A stretch of 64,000 bases of DNA from Candidatus Eiseniibacteriota bacterium (GCA_965224245.1 OZ245046.1:5952001-6016000); one strand, 5' to 3'. Shown: positions 36,497 through 46,314, counted from the stretch's first letter. The notes: generated by a model not told the origin, from the sequence alone. A program made the numbers and translations.

Positions 36497-38104
36497 GTGC
36501 TGATCCGTCAGACCTCCATCGCCTGGATGCTCGCCACCGCGGTCGGGTGCACCGCCGAGGCTCCGTCCGCGTCGTCCGACGCGCCCGGGCTCCCGCCGGA
36601 CTCCCTCGTGCGCCGCGACGTGGCGATCGACGCGATGCGCGGCGGCGAGACCCCGGTCGTCCCGCGTCACGCGACCGCCGATCTGGTCTTCCGGGCCGAT
36701 CGCGTCTACGACGGCGATCGGGGAGCGCCCAACCCGTTCGTCGACGTCTCGCTGACCGTGCGCCTGACCGATCCCGGCGGCACGGCGCGAACCGTGCGCG
36801 CGTTCTTCGACGGGGACGGCGAGGGCGGCGCCGAGGGCTCGACGTTCGTGGCGCGGGTGTGCCCGGACTCGCCGGGGATCTGGCGCTGGAGCGCATCGGG
36901 CGACGTGCCGGGCGTGGACGGGCTCGACGGTCGCTTCGAGTGTGCCGGCGTTCTCGAGGGGGCGTTCGGCCGGGGACCGATCGTCACCGGCGCCGAGGAT
37001 CCGACCCACGTGGCCCACGCCGACGGGACGCCGGTGTATCTCGTGGGCAAGTTCCTCGATCGCGGTGCGCCCGAGCCGATCCGGTTCAGTCACACGCTTC
37101 TGTCCGAGCGACTGTCGGCCGAGGATCGCCGGGCGCTCATCGACCGGCACGTCGCGCTCGGGCTGAACAAGATGAACGTGTACGTGGCCAACCGCGGCGA
37201 CTACGGCGGGATCTCCACCACGCCGTGGCGCGGCGAGGCCGACGACCCCGATCGGTCCCGGTTCGATCTGGCCCGGTGGCATCGCTACGAGCACTGGGTG
37301 CGCGAGCTGCGCGAGGACGGCTTCTTCACGATGATGTGGTTCTTCGCCGACGACTCCGGCTTCGGGCATCTCCCCACCGTCGACCGCGATCGTCTCATCC
37401 AGTACGGCATGAGTCGGCTCTCGGGGTACGCGCACACGGCCTTCGTCCTGTGCCTGGAGTGGCAGGAGGGGTGGACGCCCGCGGAGGTGACGCACCACCT
37501 GGGTGTGATGCGAGCGGAGAACCCGTGGGATCGGCTGACCAGCGTGCACGGCACGACCGGCGACGTCGCGTTCGCGAACGAGCCCTGGAACGATCTCCTG
37601 ATCCTTCAGGCCGGCAACCAGGCCAGCGCCGACACCGTGCTCGCGATGACGCTGCGCAACCGGGTCGCCGCGCCCAAGCCGCTCCTGGTGGAGGAGTTCG
37701 GCTGGGGCAAGCCCTCCGACGAGCTCCGCGTGAAGACGTGGACCGCGCTCCTGGCCGGCGCCGCCGGCATCGGGACGGGAACCACGTTCGAGATCGTCAC
37801 GCCGATCATCTCGCGCTGGCCGATGACGACCTTCGAGCCTGCGCCGGCGGTGGCGTCGGGAGACGGCGTGGTCACCGCCCGGGGACGGGACGGGCTCACG
37901 GTCGTCCTGGCTCCGCGCGGGGGATCGATCGAGGTCAACCTGCCCGCGGGCGTGACCGAGGGCGCGACCGCCACGTGGATCGACCCCAGAACCGGCGAGC
38001 GGCGCGACGCGATCGCCTCCGGCGACACCCGACGTCACTACGAGGCACCGTCCACGGAGGACTGGCTGCTCGAGCTGGTCCCCGGCGCGAGGACGTCCCG
38101 ATGA
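36497..38104 (+). CDS. Lipoprotein with DUF5060 + DUF4038 (apiosidase-like glycoside hydrolase barrel) + C-terminal collagen-binding-like domain
   Basis: ATAVGC lipobox; NPFVDV...AFFDGDG...PG.WRW; ADGTP.YL; CLEWQE and PLLVEEFG (two candidate catalytic Glu); WIDPRTGE...P..EDWLL. Confidence 0.78.
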   Translation: MLIRQTSIAWMLATAVGCTAEAPSASSDAPGLPPDSLVRRDVAIDAMRGGETPVVPRHATADLVFRADRVYDGDRGAPNPFVDVSLTVRLTDPGGTARTVRAFFDGDGEGGAEGSTFVARVCPDSPGIWRWSASGDVPGVDGLDGRFECAGVLEGAFGRGPIVTGAEDPTHVAHADGTPVYLVGKFLDRGAPEPIRFSHTLLSERLSAEDRRALIDRHVALGLNKMNVYVANRGDYGGISTTPWRGEADDPDRSRFDLARWHRYEHWVRELREDGFFTMMWFFADDSGFGHLPTVDRDRLIQYGMSRLSGYAHTAFVLCLEWQEGWTPAEVTHHLGVMRAENPWDRLTSVHGTTGDVAFANEPWNDLLILQAGNQASADTVLAMTLRNRVAAPKPLLVEEFGWGKPSDELRVKTWTALLAGAAGIGTGTTFEIVTPIISRWPMTTFEPAPAVASGDGVVTARGRDGLTVVLAPRGGSIEVNLPAGVTEGATATWIDPRTGERRDAIASGDTRRHYEAPSTEDWLLELVPGARTSR

Positions 38105-39852
38105 TCGACGACGTCCCGGAGCCGGCGGGGCCTCGTGGATCGACCCCGCGCTCGCGGTGGTCCGGGGTCCGGCGATGTGGGATCGGCGGACTCGCCGGCG
38201 TCGTTTCGATCGCCGCGCTGGTCATGTGCGCGTGCGAGGTCCCGCTCCCCGGAGAGGTGGCCCCGTCCGAGACCCCGCCGCCCGCGCTCGACCCACGTGC
38301 CGCCAGCGGTACGTTGACCGTCTCGCTCTTCGGCGGGACCGCGACGTCCGCCGACGCAGACCCCGTGCTCCACCACACGACGTTCGTGAACGGTCCCGTG
38401 TACGACGGCATGGAGGACAACGATCTGCGCGGGTTCCTGGACGGCACGTTCAAGTACGCCTGGAACCAGCCGGGACAGATTCACGTGCGCCTGGGACGTC
38501 GCGATCGGTCGCCGCGCTACGGTGAGCACGAGCTGTTCCGGGTCAGCCAGCGCTGGGCCGGCGTGTCGCTGGTCCCGGGCGCGATCGTGCACGAGGCGTC
38601 GCTGGACGTGGTGCTCGAGAAGGAGCCCCCCGAGCCGGTCATGCTGATGCTGTACGAGGTGAAGAAGGACTTCGATCCGGGCGCCGGCGGAACGCTGGGC
38701 AACAACGTGAGCCCTCCCAGGCCGGGCGAGATGTGGTGGAACGAGCGCGCGCACGGCGTCGATCCGTGGGGGCTCCCCGGTCTCGGCTTCGCGTCCGACA
38801 GCGATCCCGACGCCGACACCGGCGCGATGCCGCTCGCGATGGCCCGAGCCTCGCGGGACACGGACACCGTTCGTTTCACGTCCCCGGAGCTGGCGGCCTA
38901 CGTCACCAGGCGCGTGGCCGAGCGCGCGCCGCTTCTCTTTCTGTTGAAGCTGGCCGACGAGGACGAGGACACGGTCGGATCGCTCATCTACCTGTACTCG
39001 GGCAACCACGGCGCCACGCGGAGCGTGGGACGCCGACCGGATCTGCACCTCACGTGGAGCGCCCCGACCACGGTGCCCAGCCTCGTGCGAACGATCCGTC
39101 TGGAGCACGGCCGATCCTGGTCGCCGCCGGCGCTCGATCGCCTGCGCGCGACGCACGTCGCCGCCTCGTTCGTTCCCGACGACGGATCCGATCTCGTGGA
39201 CGTGTCGATCCGGACGGTGGCCGGCCTGGAGTCGATGGCCGTGCCGCGGCCGATCCCGTTCGACTTGGTGCGACTCGAGCTCCGTGCCGCGCGCGATCCG
39301 ATCCCGCTCGGTGGCGTGTTCGAGGACCACCTGTGCGACACGTGGGTCCGGACCGCGCCACCGGACTCACAGATCGTCCGCTGGCACTTCCACGCGCCTT
39401 CCGGCGCCGAGCACACGGTGGACGCCGTGTACGACGGGCACGACACCTGGCGCGTCACGTTCTCGCCCGACGAGCTGGGGGCCTGGCGCTACGTGTGGAC
39501 CCAGAGCTTCGTCGAGGAGCCGTTCACCAGCGAGTGGGGGCGGTTCGACGTGATCGCCACCGACCTGGCCGCGGTCATGGCCGCGCTCGAGGTGCTCCGG
39601 AACGAGGCCCGTGAGGCCGGCGAGCCCCATCCGCGCCGCCCCGATCCGATCCTCCTGAGCCGCTTCCTCGGTCTCGAGCGGGCGGTGATGCAGCTTCACA
39701 CGGCACGGTCGTGGCAGTCGGCGGATGTCGTGCGCGAGCGGCTCCGGGAGGTGCGCGAGGCGATCGGCGAGCCGGTGCCCGATCCGATCCCGATGGTGCC
39801 CGACGATCCACCGGACTGGGCGAACCGGGGGAGCGGGACGAACGGCGAGTGA
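38101..39852 (+). CDS. Exported protein with a DNRLRE-like beta domain and a DUF5060-like domain
   Basis: ATGA overlap with the upstream gene; TM/lipobox (VMCAC); GAIVHEASL...LYEV..W...RRPDLHLTW; FHAPSG...YDG..TWRVTFSPDELGAWRY. Confidence 0.6.
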   Translation: MIDDVPEPAGPRGSTPRSRWSGVRRCGIGGLAGVVSIAALVMCACEVPLPGEVAPSETPPPALDPRAASGTLTVSLFGGTATSADADPVLHHTTFVNGPVYDGMEDNDLRGFLDGTFKYAWNQPGQIHVRLGRRDRSPRYGEHELFRVSQRWAGVSLVPGAIVHEASLDVVLEKEPPEPVMLMLYEVKKDFDPGAGGTLGNNVSPPRPGEMWWNERAHGVDPWGLPGLGFASDSDPDADTGAMPLAMARASRDTDTVRFTSPELAAYVTRRVAERAPLLFLLKLADEDEDTVGSLIYLYSGNHGATRSVGRRPDLHLTWSAPTTVPSLVRTIRLEHGRSWSPPALDRLRATHVAASFVPDDGSDLVDVSIRTVAGLESMAVPRPIPFDLVRLELRAARDPIPLGGVFEDHLCDTWVRTAPPDSQIVRWHFHAPSGAEHTVDAVYDGHDTWRVTFSPDELGAWRYVWTQSFVEEPFTSEWGRFDVIATDLAAVMAALEVLRNEAREAGEPHPRRPDPILLSRFLGLERAVMQLHTARSWQSADVVRERLREVREAIGEPVPDPIPMVPDDPPDWANRGSGTNGE

Positions 39853-39869
39853 CCGCCCGGGCAGCCGCG

Positions 39870-40346
39870 TCAGCCGGCCCGCTCCATCGCGCCGTCCAGC
39901 ACGTCCGACGCGAATGCGTACGCCTCGGGCTCTTCGGACACGCGCGGCCCGACCACGTTCAGGACCCGCACCTCGTTGCGCACGATGAACCGACCGGCCA
40001 CTTCCACCGGATCGGGCGTGCGGGTTCGCACGACGTGGCAGAGCGGTCGTCCGAAGAGCCGCGCCCACGCGACCGCCGCCAGGGATCCACCTTGCAGCTC
40101 GTCGCGCACGGACACCACGAGGACGCCGTCCGCGTCGAGGACGTTCCACAGGGTGCGTTCGGCGTAGACGTCCGAGGGGGTCTCGTCGAGGGCGTACGTC
40201 GACGGAATGCGTCCGTCCTCGGCGCGCCGACCTCTCGGACACCACCCGCCGTGACGGATCTCGTTTCGGATCGCCCAGTCGAGCGCGGCGCGGTCCACGC
40301 CGGTCTGTCCTCCGGTCACGATCTTCACGAGATGGTGTCTGGCCAC
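39870..40346 (-). CDS. SLOG-superfamily protein (putative molybdenum-carrier / circularly permuted YpsA type)
   Basis: KIVTGGQTGVDRAALD, GWCPRGRRAEDG, YAERT.WNV.DADG, VLNVVGPR.S; GTG overlaps the upstream TAG. Confidence 0.85.
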   Translation of the reverse strand: MARHHLVKIVTGGQTGVDRAALDWAIRNEIRHGGWCPRGRRAEDGRIPSTYALDETPSDVYAERTLWNVLDADGVLVVSVRDELQGGSLAAVAWARLFGRPLCHVVRTRTPDPVEVAGRFIVRNEVRVLNVVGPRVSEEPEAYAFASDVLDGAMERAG

Positions 40347-41623
40347 TAGCCGCCCCGCTTGCGGAGCGTCGCGCGACACATGCGGCGCTCCTCGTCCCGG
40401 AGGAACGTGATCGTGACCTCGTCGCCGGGCTCGTGGCTCTCCAGGGCGGCCTGGTAGTCGTAGAGGTTGTCGATCGCGACGTCGTCGAGCTGCACGATCA
40501 CGTCGCCGACCGCGAGGCCCGCGTCGGCCGCGGCGCTCCCGGGCAGCACGCCGGTCACGAGGATGCCGCCGGACTCGCGGGAGAAGTCCGGGATCGTGCC
40601 CAGGCTCACGCGGCGCCGGCCACGCGGCTTCTCGTCGCGGGCGGCGATCTTCTCCGCGCCCGCGGGCACGAAGCGAGGGGTCACGCTCGGGTCGGCCAGG
40701 TAGTCGAGGATCTCGATCGTGAACTCGGCGACCCGGGCGAGTCCCGGAACGTTCACCTTCTCGGCGGTGTCGGTGACGCGGTGATAGTCGGCGTGCCCGT
40801 CCGTGAACAGATGCAGCGTGGGGATGCCCGCCTTGAAGAACGGGATGTGGTCGCCGGCGTTCAGTCCCTCGGTCGCGGTGGCCAGGTCGAACCGGAACGC
40901 GAAGTTGATGCCCGTCAGCATGTCACCGAAGAGATCGCCGGTGCCCGTTCCGAACACGACGAGCCGGTCGTCACGGAGCCGGCCGATCGTGTCCAGGTTG
41001 ATCATCGCGACGCACGCGTCGAGCGGAACCGGGGGGCTCTCCACGTACGCGGTCGATCCGAGAAGGCCCGACTCCTCGCCCGTGAACGCGGCGAACACGA
41101 TCGATCGCCCGGGAGCGCCCTCGCGCGCGGCGATGACGCGCGCGATCTCCAGGAGCGCGGCCACGCCGGACGCGTTGTCGTCCGCGCCGGGGAAGACGCG
41201 CCGCTCGCCGTCCACCTCCTCGACACCCAGGTGATCGTAGTGAGCGCCCACGAGCACGTGTCCGCTCGCGGATCCGGGCACCATCGCCACCACGTTCATC
41301 GCCGGATGCGCGGGGTCGCCGGCGTTCGGTACGGACAGCCGGTAGTCGTGACCGGGCACCGGTGCGACCCCCGCCTCGCGGAGCGCGGTCTCGACGTACG
41401 CCGCGGCCGCGTCGAGAGCGGCCGTGCCGAGGCCGCGGCCCTCCAGCTCGGAGCTGGACAGATGCACGACGTGCCGCCCCAGCGCGTCGGCGTCGATCGG
41501 GTCCGCGGATGCGGTGAGGTCCGTCGCCCCCAGCGCGGTCGCCGCCGTCAGGGCGACCAGAATCGGCGCGGGGCCGACCGGGCCCGTGACCGGGCGCGTG
41601 CGAGCCTGTCGTCGGGTCGTCAC
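40346..41623 (-). CDS. M28 family aminopeptidase with a C-terminal PDZ domain
   Basis: GAHYDHLG, GADDNASG, FTGEESGLLGS, NLDTIG, DH..F, DYHRVTD; PDZ SLGTIPDF...GSAA..AGL..GDVI. Confidence 0.92.
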   Translation of the reverse strand: MTTRRQARTRPVTGPVGPAPILVALTAATALGATDLTASADPIDADALGRHVVHLSSSELEGRGLGTAALDAAAAYVETALREAGVAPVPGHDYRLSVPNAGDPAHPAMNVVAMVPGSASGHVLVGAHYDHLGVEEVDGERRVFPGADDNASGVAALLEIARVIAAREGAPGRSIVFAAFTGEESGLLGSTAYVESPPVPLDACVAMINLDTIGRLRDDRLVVFGTGTGDLFGDMLTGINFAFRFDLATATEGLNAGDHIPFFKAGIPTLHLFTDGHADYHRVTDTAEKVNVPGLARVAEFTIEILDYLADPSVTPRFVPAGAEKIAARDEKPRGRRRVSLGTIPDFSRESGGILVTGVLPGSAAADAGLAVGDVIVQLDDVAIDNLYDYQAALESHEPGDEVTITFLRDEERRMCRATLRKRGG

Positions 41624-43797
41624 TTCTCGTCCTTTCCCGAAGCGGTGTCACCGATCGTCCAGAGCAGGGGCGAGCGGGTCGCCGACCACGTGCCCTTGGC
41701 GACGTTCGTCGCCCCATCGAACACGAGGTAGCTGTACTTGCCGTAGTGCGGGATCTTCCGCGCGACCGCGGCCGCCTCGGCCGCGCTACCCAGCCGGAGC
41801 CACGACCACGAGAGCGTCTCGTCCCGCGGGTGGGCTCGCGTGCTGACGAGGTTCATCGCGCCGGGGTCGCCGACGGCGGACGCGGCGGCGAGAACCCCGT
41901 CGTCGTTTGCGACGCCCCCGACGAACGCATCCGCGAAGCGCGTGTCTCCGAACAGCCAGACGCCGTGTCCCTCGGTGTCGTCGAGGTCGATCTCGTCATC
42001 GAAGACGACGCGCACGCCGGGCGCTCTCGCCCAGTCGTCGGCGATGGCCGAGTAGGCCTCGGCGGCCGCGCCGGTGGCCGAGCGCGCGATCACGATCAGC
42101 GTCTGCTCGGCGCCCAGGGTCTGGCTGAGGAGCGGCGGGATCTCGGCCACGTCGAGTCGGCGGAACACGTCGAAGTCGGGGTCCACCGCCAGCCGTACCG
42201 CGCCGGGGAGATCGATCCGGAACGGGGTCTCGACCCCGTCCAGCTCGAGCTCGAGCCTCGCCTGGCGACCGCTCGTGTCGCTCGCGATCACGGGCACCGT
42301 CATCCGGTAGATCGGCTCGGTCTGGCGCACCATCCCGCGCACGGACGTCCCGTCCGGCGCGACGCCGTCCAGCGAGAGCGCCGGCGCCCCCTCGCGCATG
42401 ATCCACTGATCGACGAACCACTCCATCGACTCGCCGGTCGGCCCGGCGATGGCGTCCACGAGATCCCGCCAGGACGCCGCCTCGAAGCGGTACGACGCGT
42501 AGAACGCGCGGAGTCCCTCGTGGAACGTGTCGTCGCCCACGTGCCGGCGCAGCATGTGGAGGACCATCAGGCTCTTCCCGTACCCGATGGCCTGCGTCGC
42601 GCCCGAGTGGCGCTGCCGGAACGCGCTGAGCGGGATGTCGCGGCTCTCGGACACGAAGTTGCGGTACCCGGCGAGCTGGTTGCGTCGATAGTCGCGCGCG
42701 GCGGCCTCGGACTCCTCGGCCTTGAACGCGTAGTCCGCCATGTACGACGTGAGGCCCTCGCACCAGTTTCCCGCGTCGGTGTTCACGAACACGCCGTTGC
42801 CCCACCAGCAGTGGAGGATCTCGTGGCCGTAGGACGTGTGGACGATGAAGGGCAGGCGAATCACCGTGCTCCCCAGGAGCGTGAACGACGGCATGCCGTA
42901 GCCGGTCTCCCAGAAGTTCTCGACGAGCGCGAACTTCGAGAACGGGTAGGGCCCGATCAGTCGCTCGTAGCGATCGAGGTAGCCACGCGTGGCGTCGAGG
43001 TAGCGTCCGGTCAGGTCGTCGTCCTCGGCGTACGTGTAGGTCATCAGGTCCACCTCGCCGTGACGCTCGCGCCGGAGCACCCACGGGCCCGCGACCAGGT
43101 ACACGCCGTCCATCGGATACGGGCAGTCGAACGAGACGACGCGCTCGGTCCCCACGCGCTGGCGCTGAACGAGTCGACCCTGCGAGACCACGTCCCACGG
43201 GTCGGGGACGGTCGCGGTCAGCTCGAACGTGACGAGGTCGTCGGGCACGCTCGGCAGCCAGAACGTCTCGCCGCCGAGGTACGCCCCGCGCGGGTCGATC
43301 AGGCCGCTGGAGGTCTCGAAGCTGCGCCCGTACTCCACCTCCGGGGCCTCGAGGGGCTCGTACACGCGACCGCCGTACTCCAGCACGACGCGCGTGTCGG
43401 CGGTCCATCCGTCGGAGGGCGCGGCGATCTCGATCTCGTGCGCGTGTCCGTACGACGCGAGCGCCGCGTAGTCCGGGTGCGCCCAGAAGTGACGTGGATC
43501 GAACGCGACGTCCTCGACGAGATCGACCGCGCGCCCGTCGACTCGGCACGAGGTCACGTCCAGGTCGCGGTGGAGGAGAAACCGGAGCGGCTCGTGCGAC
43601 CCCGCCGCACTGGCGACCGAGAGCTCGTCCCGGATCTCGAGGTGTGCGCCGTCCGGCGAGAGCCATGCGGCGATGCGATGGTGATCGATCGAGACCGGCG
43701 CCACGTCGGAGTCGCCGGTGGCCCGGGCAGTCTCGATCCAGACCAGCCCGATCCAGGCGAGGAGCGCGAGCGTCGTGACGTGTGGGCGTCCCATCAT
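41620..43797 (-). CDS. M1 family (gluzincin) aminopeptidase, secreted
   Basis: GYGMP, HEILHCWWGN...WCEGL (HExxH-18-E), IGYGK; signal peptide; ATGA overlap with the MOSC gene. Confidence 0.88.
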   Translation of the reverse strand: MMGRPHVTTLALLAWIGLVWIETARATGDSDVAPVSIDHHRIAAWLSPDGAHLEIRDELSVASAAGSHEPLRFLLHRDLDVTSCRVDGRAVDLVEDVAFDPRHFWAHPDYAALASYGHAHEIEIAAPSDGWTADTRVVLEYGGRVYEPLEAPEVEYGRSFETSSGLIDPRGAYLGGETFWLPSVPDDLVTFELTATVPDPWDVVSQGRLVQRQRVGTERVVSFDCPYPMDGVYLVAGPWVLRRERHGEVDLMTYTYAEDDDLTGRYLDATRGYLDRYERLIGPYPFSKFALVENFWETGYGMPSFTLLGSTVIRLPFIVHTSYGHEILHCWWGNGVFVNTDAGNWCEGLTSYMADYAFKAEESEAAARDYRRNQLAGYRNFVSESRDIPLSAFRQRHSGATQAIGYGKSLMVLHMLRRHVGDDTFHEGLRAFYASYRFEAASWRDLVDAIAGPTGESMEWFVDQWIMREGAPALSLDGVAPDGTSVRGMVRQTEPIYRMTVPVIASDTSGRQARLELELDGVETPFRIDLPGAVRLAVDPDFDVFRRLDVAEIPPLLSQTLGAEQTLIVIARSATGAAAEAYSAIADDWARAPGVRVVFDDEIDLDDTEGHGVWLFGDTRFADAFVGGVANDDGVLAAASAVGDPGAMNLVSTRAHPRDETLSWSWLRLGSAAEAAAVARKIPHYGKYSYLVFDGATNVAKGTWSATRSPLLWTIGDTASGKDEK

Positions 43798-44270
43798 GAC
43801 GATGCGTCCGCGGGATCGCCGGTGACGGCGGTGACGCGGTCGCCGACGGCGATGCGTCCGCCGCGCACGATCCGCCCCCGGAGCCCGCCCTGGTGGACGA
43901 GCGTCGACATCGCGCCGGGCCCGATCGCGGTCTCCATTCGCTGGCACGGCTCGCACAGCTCGTGTCCTTCGATGACCACGTCGCCGATCCGGAGCTGTTT
44001 CCCGACGAACGCGTCGAGAGCGATGCCGCGCACCGTCACGTTGCGTCTGGAGCAGCCGGGCTCGTACGCGACGCCGATCCTCTCGCACGCGGCGCGGAGC
44101 TTCTCGTCCTCGACGAGCGTGATGTTGTGGCTCGGGGATCGGTCGACGTACCGGTCGCCCTGGAGCCCGCGCCCGGCGAGGGCCTCGACCGTGTCGAGTC
44201 GCTCGAGCGGATCACCGTCGCGCGGCGCGACGTGAATGTGGAGGACCTCGCCCGACGTCTGTTCGCTCAT
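43794..44270 (-). CDS. MOSC domain protein
   Basis: GRGLQGDRY, SRRNVTVRG, LCEPCQRM, GGLRGRIVRGGRIAVGD; GGAAGGA RBS. Confidence 0.9.
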   Translation of the reverse strand: MSEQTSGEVLHIHVAPRDGDPLERLDTVEALAGRGLQGDRYVDRSPSHNITLVEDEKLRAACERIGVAYEPGCSRRNVTVRGIALDAFVGKQLRIGDVVIEGHELCEPCQRMETAIGPGAMSTLVHQGGLRGRIVRGGRIAVGDRVTAVTGDPADASS

Positions 44271-44421
44271 GGCTTCCTTCCCGCTGGCTGAGAGAATCGG
44301 ACCGGTGGTCATCACCCCCGTCAACGCCCGCCGAGTCCACGAGTTCCCGGCGGGCGAGGGGAGGAGGATCGGTCGACGGCGGACCATTCTAGCCCCCGGG
44401 ACGCCCGCGGTCATTTTCGTG

Positions 44422-44469
44422 TTGACGGGGTGTTACAAATGTCGCACTATGCCTGCGACAGATGTCACA
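44422..44469 (+). promoter_or_regulatory. Sigma70-like promoter with two BlaI/MecI/CopY-type operators
   Basis: TTGACG(44422)-17 nt-CACTAT(44445). Dyads TGTTACAAATGTCGCA (44431-44446) and TGCGACAGATGTCACA (44454-44469) both carry the ACA-N2-TGT core. Confidence 0.8.
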
Positions 44470-44514
44470 GGCGTTGCCCCGCGGGTGAGGCGATCTCCGA
44501 CGATAAGGTGTTCG

Positions 44515-44928
44515 ATGCACGCGAAGCGAACGCTGCCCGAGCTCTCGAGGTTCGAGCTGCAGTGTCTCTCCAGGCTCTGGGAGCTGGGCGAGGCCACGGT
44601 CCGGGAGATTCACACCGGGCTCGGCGGAGCCCCCAGCTACTCGACCGTCCGCAAGATCGTCGAGCGGCTGGAGGAGAAGGGGGCCGTCGAGCGCGTGCGC
44701 CAGTCCGGGAGCGCGTGGGTGTACCGCTCCGGGGTGCCGCGCACCGACATGGTTCGAAAAGAGATCAAGCGCCTGCTGGACGCGTTGTTCGGCGGCGCGG
44801 GGGCCCCACTCGTCTCACATCTGGCCGACATGCAGGCCGTGACCCTGGACGATCTGAAGGCCGCGGAGGCGCAGCTCGACGACGAGGACGAGCGAGCCGA
44901 CGACCCGAGTCCCGGAGGTCGATCGTGA
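44515..44928 (+). CDS. BlaI/MecI/CopY family transcriptional repressor
   Basis: LSRFELQCLSRLWE.GEATVREI, SYSTVRKIVERLEEKGAV, LLDALFGG...LVSHL. Confidence 0.92.
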   Translation: MHAKRTLPELSRFELQCLSRLWELGEATVREIHTGLGGAPSYSTVRKIVERLEEKGAVERVRQSGSAWVYRSGVPRTDMVRKEIKRLLDALFGGAGAPLVSHLADMQAVTLDDLKAAEAQLDDEDERADDPSPGGRS

Positions 44929-46271
44929 GCGGCAACGTGCTCTCCATCGCGCTGGCCATCGGCGTCCACCTCTGGCAGGCCACGCTGGTCGGGGCCGCGC
45001 TCGTCCTCCTGGCGCGCGGGATCGCCGGCCGGTCTCCCTCGCTCGCGCACTGGACGCTGCGCCTGGCCGTGGTGAAGTTCGCCATCCCGACCGGTCTGAT
45101 GGCCGCGCTCCTCTCGCCGTGGCTGGAGGGTGCCGCAGCGCCTGCGTGGATCGCCGGCGCGATCTCGTCGCCGGTCGTGACCACCGCGTGGACCGGTCCG
45201 TTCGCGAACGCCCCGCGTGCGACGACCGACCTGCTCGGTCTCGCGGTCGCGCTGGCCCTCTCGATGTGGCTCGGGATCGTGCTCGTGCGGCTCGGCCGCC
45301 TGTCGCGAGATCTCTGGCGCACCCGCATCGGCGTGCTGGAGCCGCCGATCGGCTCGGCCGAGGCCCGGACCGCGATCGCGGCCGTCGAGGCATCGGTCGC
45401 CTCGGCCGCCCGCCGGGCCGGCATCCGGCCCGATTGCATCGTGCTCACCGGCGCCGACGTGATGCCGTCGGTCGTCGGGCTCATCCGCCCGCGCGTGATC
45501 GTGCCGATCGGCCTCGCGCGGACCCTCACCGCCTCCGAGCTCGAGGCGGTGCTCGCCCACGAGGCGGCTCACTGCCGCCGGCGAGACCCGATCTGGATGT
45601 TCGTCACCCGCGCGGTGGAGGCCGTCTTCGGGCTACACCCGCTGGTGCACTGGATTTCGCGGCGTCTCTCGGACACCGCGGAGATGGCCTGCGACGACGC
45701 GGCTCGCGATCACGGGATCCCATCGCGAACGCTCGCCCGGGCACTTGCCAAGACCGTGCGACACGGCCTCGTCCCGAGTCCGGCGGCCCTTGCCGTGACC
45801 GGGTCCGGCGACGGCGTGATCGCGCGTCGACTCGACCGACTACGTCAACCGAGGAGTGTGGGAATGACACGGCAGCGTGTCGCAGTGGCCCTGGCGGCCC
45901 TGTGTGTGGGGGTCATGACGGTCGTGCCGCTACAGGCCGAGACGAAGCACGCCAAGAACACCGACGGCGCCCAGGTGGCGGACGTCGTGCATCCGAAGCC
46001 GATCACGATGGTGGCGCCGGACTATCCGAAGGACGCGCGCGACGTCGAGGGGAAGCTGTACGTCCAGGTCACGATCACGGCGTCCGGCGAGATGCAGGAC
46101 GCCGAGGTCACCCGTCAGGACGAGGCGCTGGCGGCTCACGGCGGCTTCGCCGAGAACGCCCTCGCGGCGCTGGCGCAGTGGACCTTCGAGCCGGGGCGCA
46201 CCGACGGGAAGCCCACCGAGATGACGATCAGCATTCCGTTCGCGTTCAAGCTCGACGGCCACGCGAAGTAG
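44925..46271 (+). CDS. BlaR1-type M56 metallopeptidase fused to a TonB C-terminal domain
   Basis: GTGA overlap with the repressor; HLWQAT, PSVVGLIRP, LAHEAAHCRRRD, HPLVHW, EMACD; TonB_C PDYP..AR..EG...V.I...G...ALAQWTFEPG..DGKP. Confidence 0.9.
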   Translation: MSGNVLSIALAIGVHLWQATLVGAALVLLARGIAGRSPSLAHWTLRLAVVKFAIPTGLMAALLSPWLEGAAAPAWIAGAISSPVVTTAWTGPFANAPRATTDLLGLAVALALSMWLGIVLVRLGRLSRDLWRTRIGVLEPPIGSAEARTAIAAVEASVASAARRAGIRPDCIVLTGADVMPSVVGLIRPRVIVPIGLARTLTASELEAVLAHEAAHCRRRDPIWMFVTRAVEAVFGLHPLVHWISRRLSDTAEMACDDAARDHGIPSRTLARALAKTVRHGLVPSPAALAVTGSGDGVIARRLDRLRQPRSVGMTRQRVAVALAALCVGVMTVVPLQAETKHAKNTDGAQVADVVHPKPITMVAPDYPKDARDVEGKLYVQVTITASGEMQDAEVTRQDEALAAHGGFAENALAALAQWTFEPGRTDGKPTEMTISIPFAFKLDGHAK

Positions 46272-46287
46272 CCGGACGGACCTCGCC

Positions 46288-46314
46288 GCGGGTCGCCCTT
46301 CCGGGGCGACCCGC
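46288..46314 (+). terminator. Hairpin downstream of the M56-TonB gene
   Basis: GCGGGTCGCCC-ttccg-GGGCGACCCGC, 11-bp stem; weak pyrimidine tail. Confidence 0.55.
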
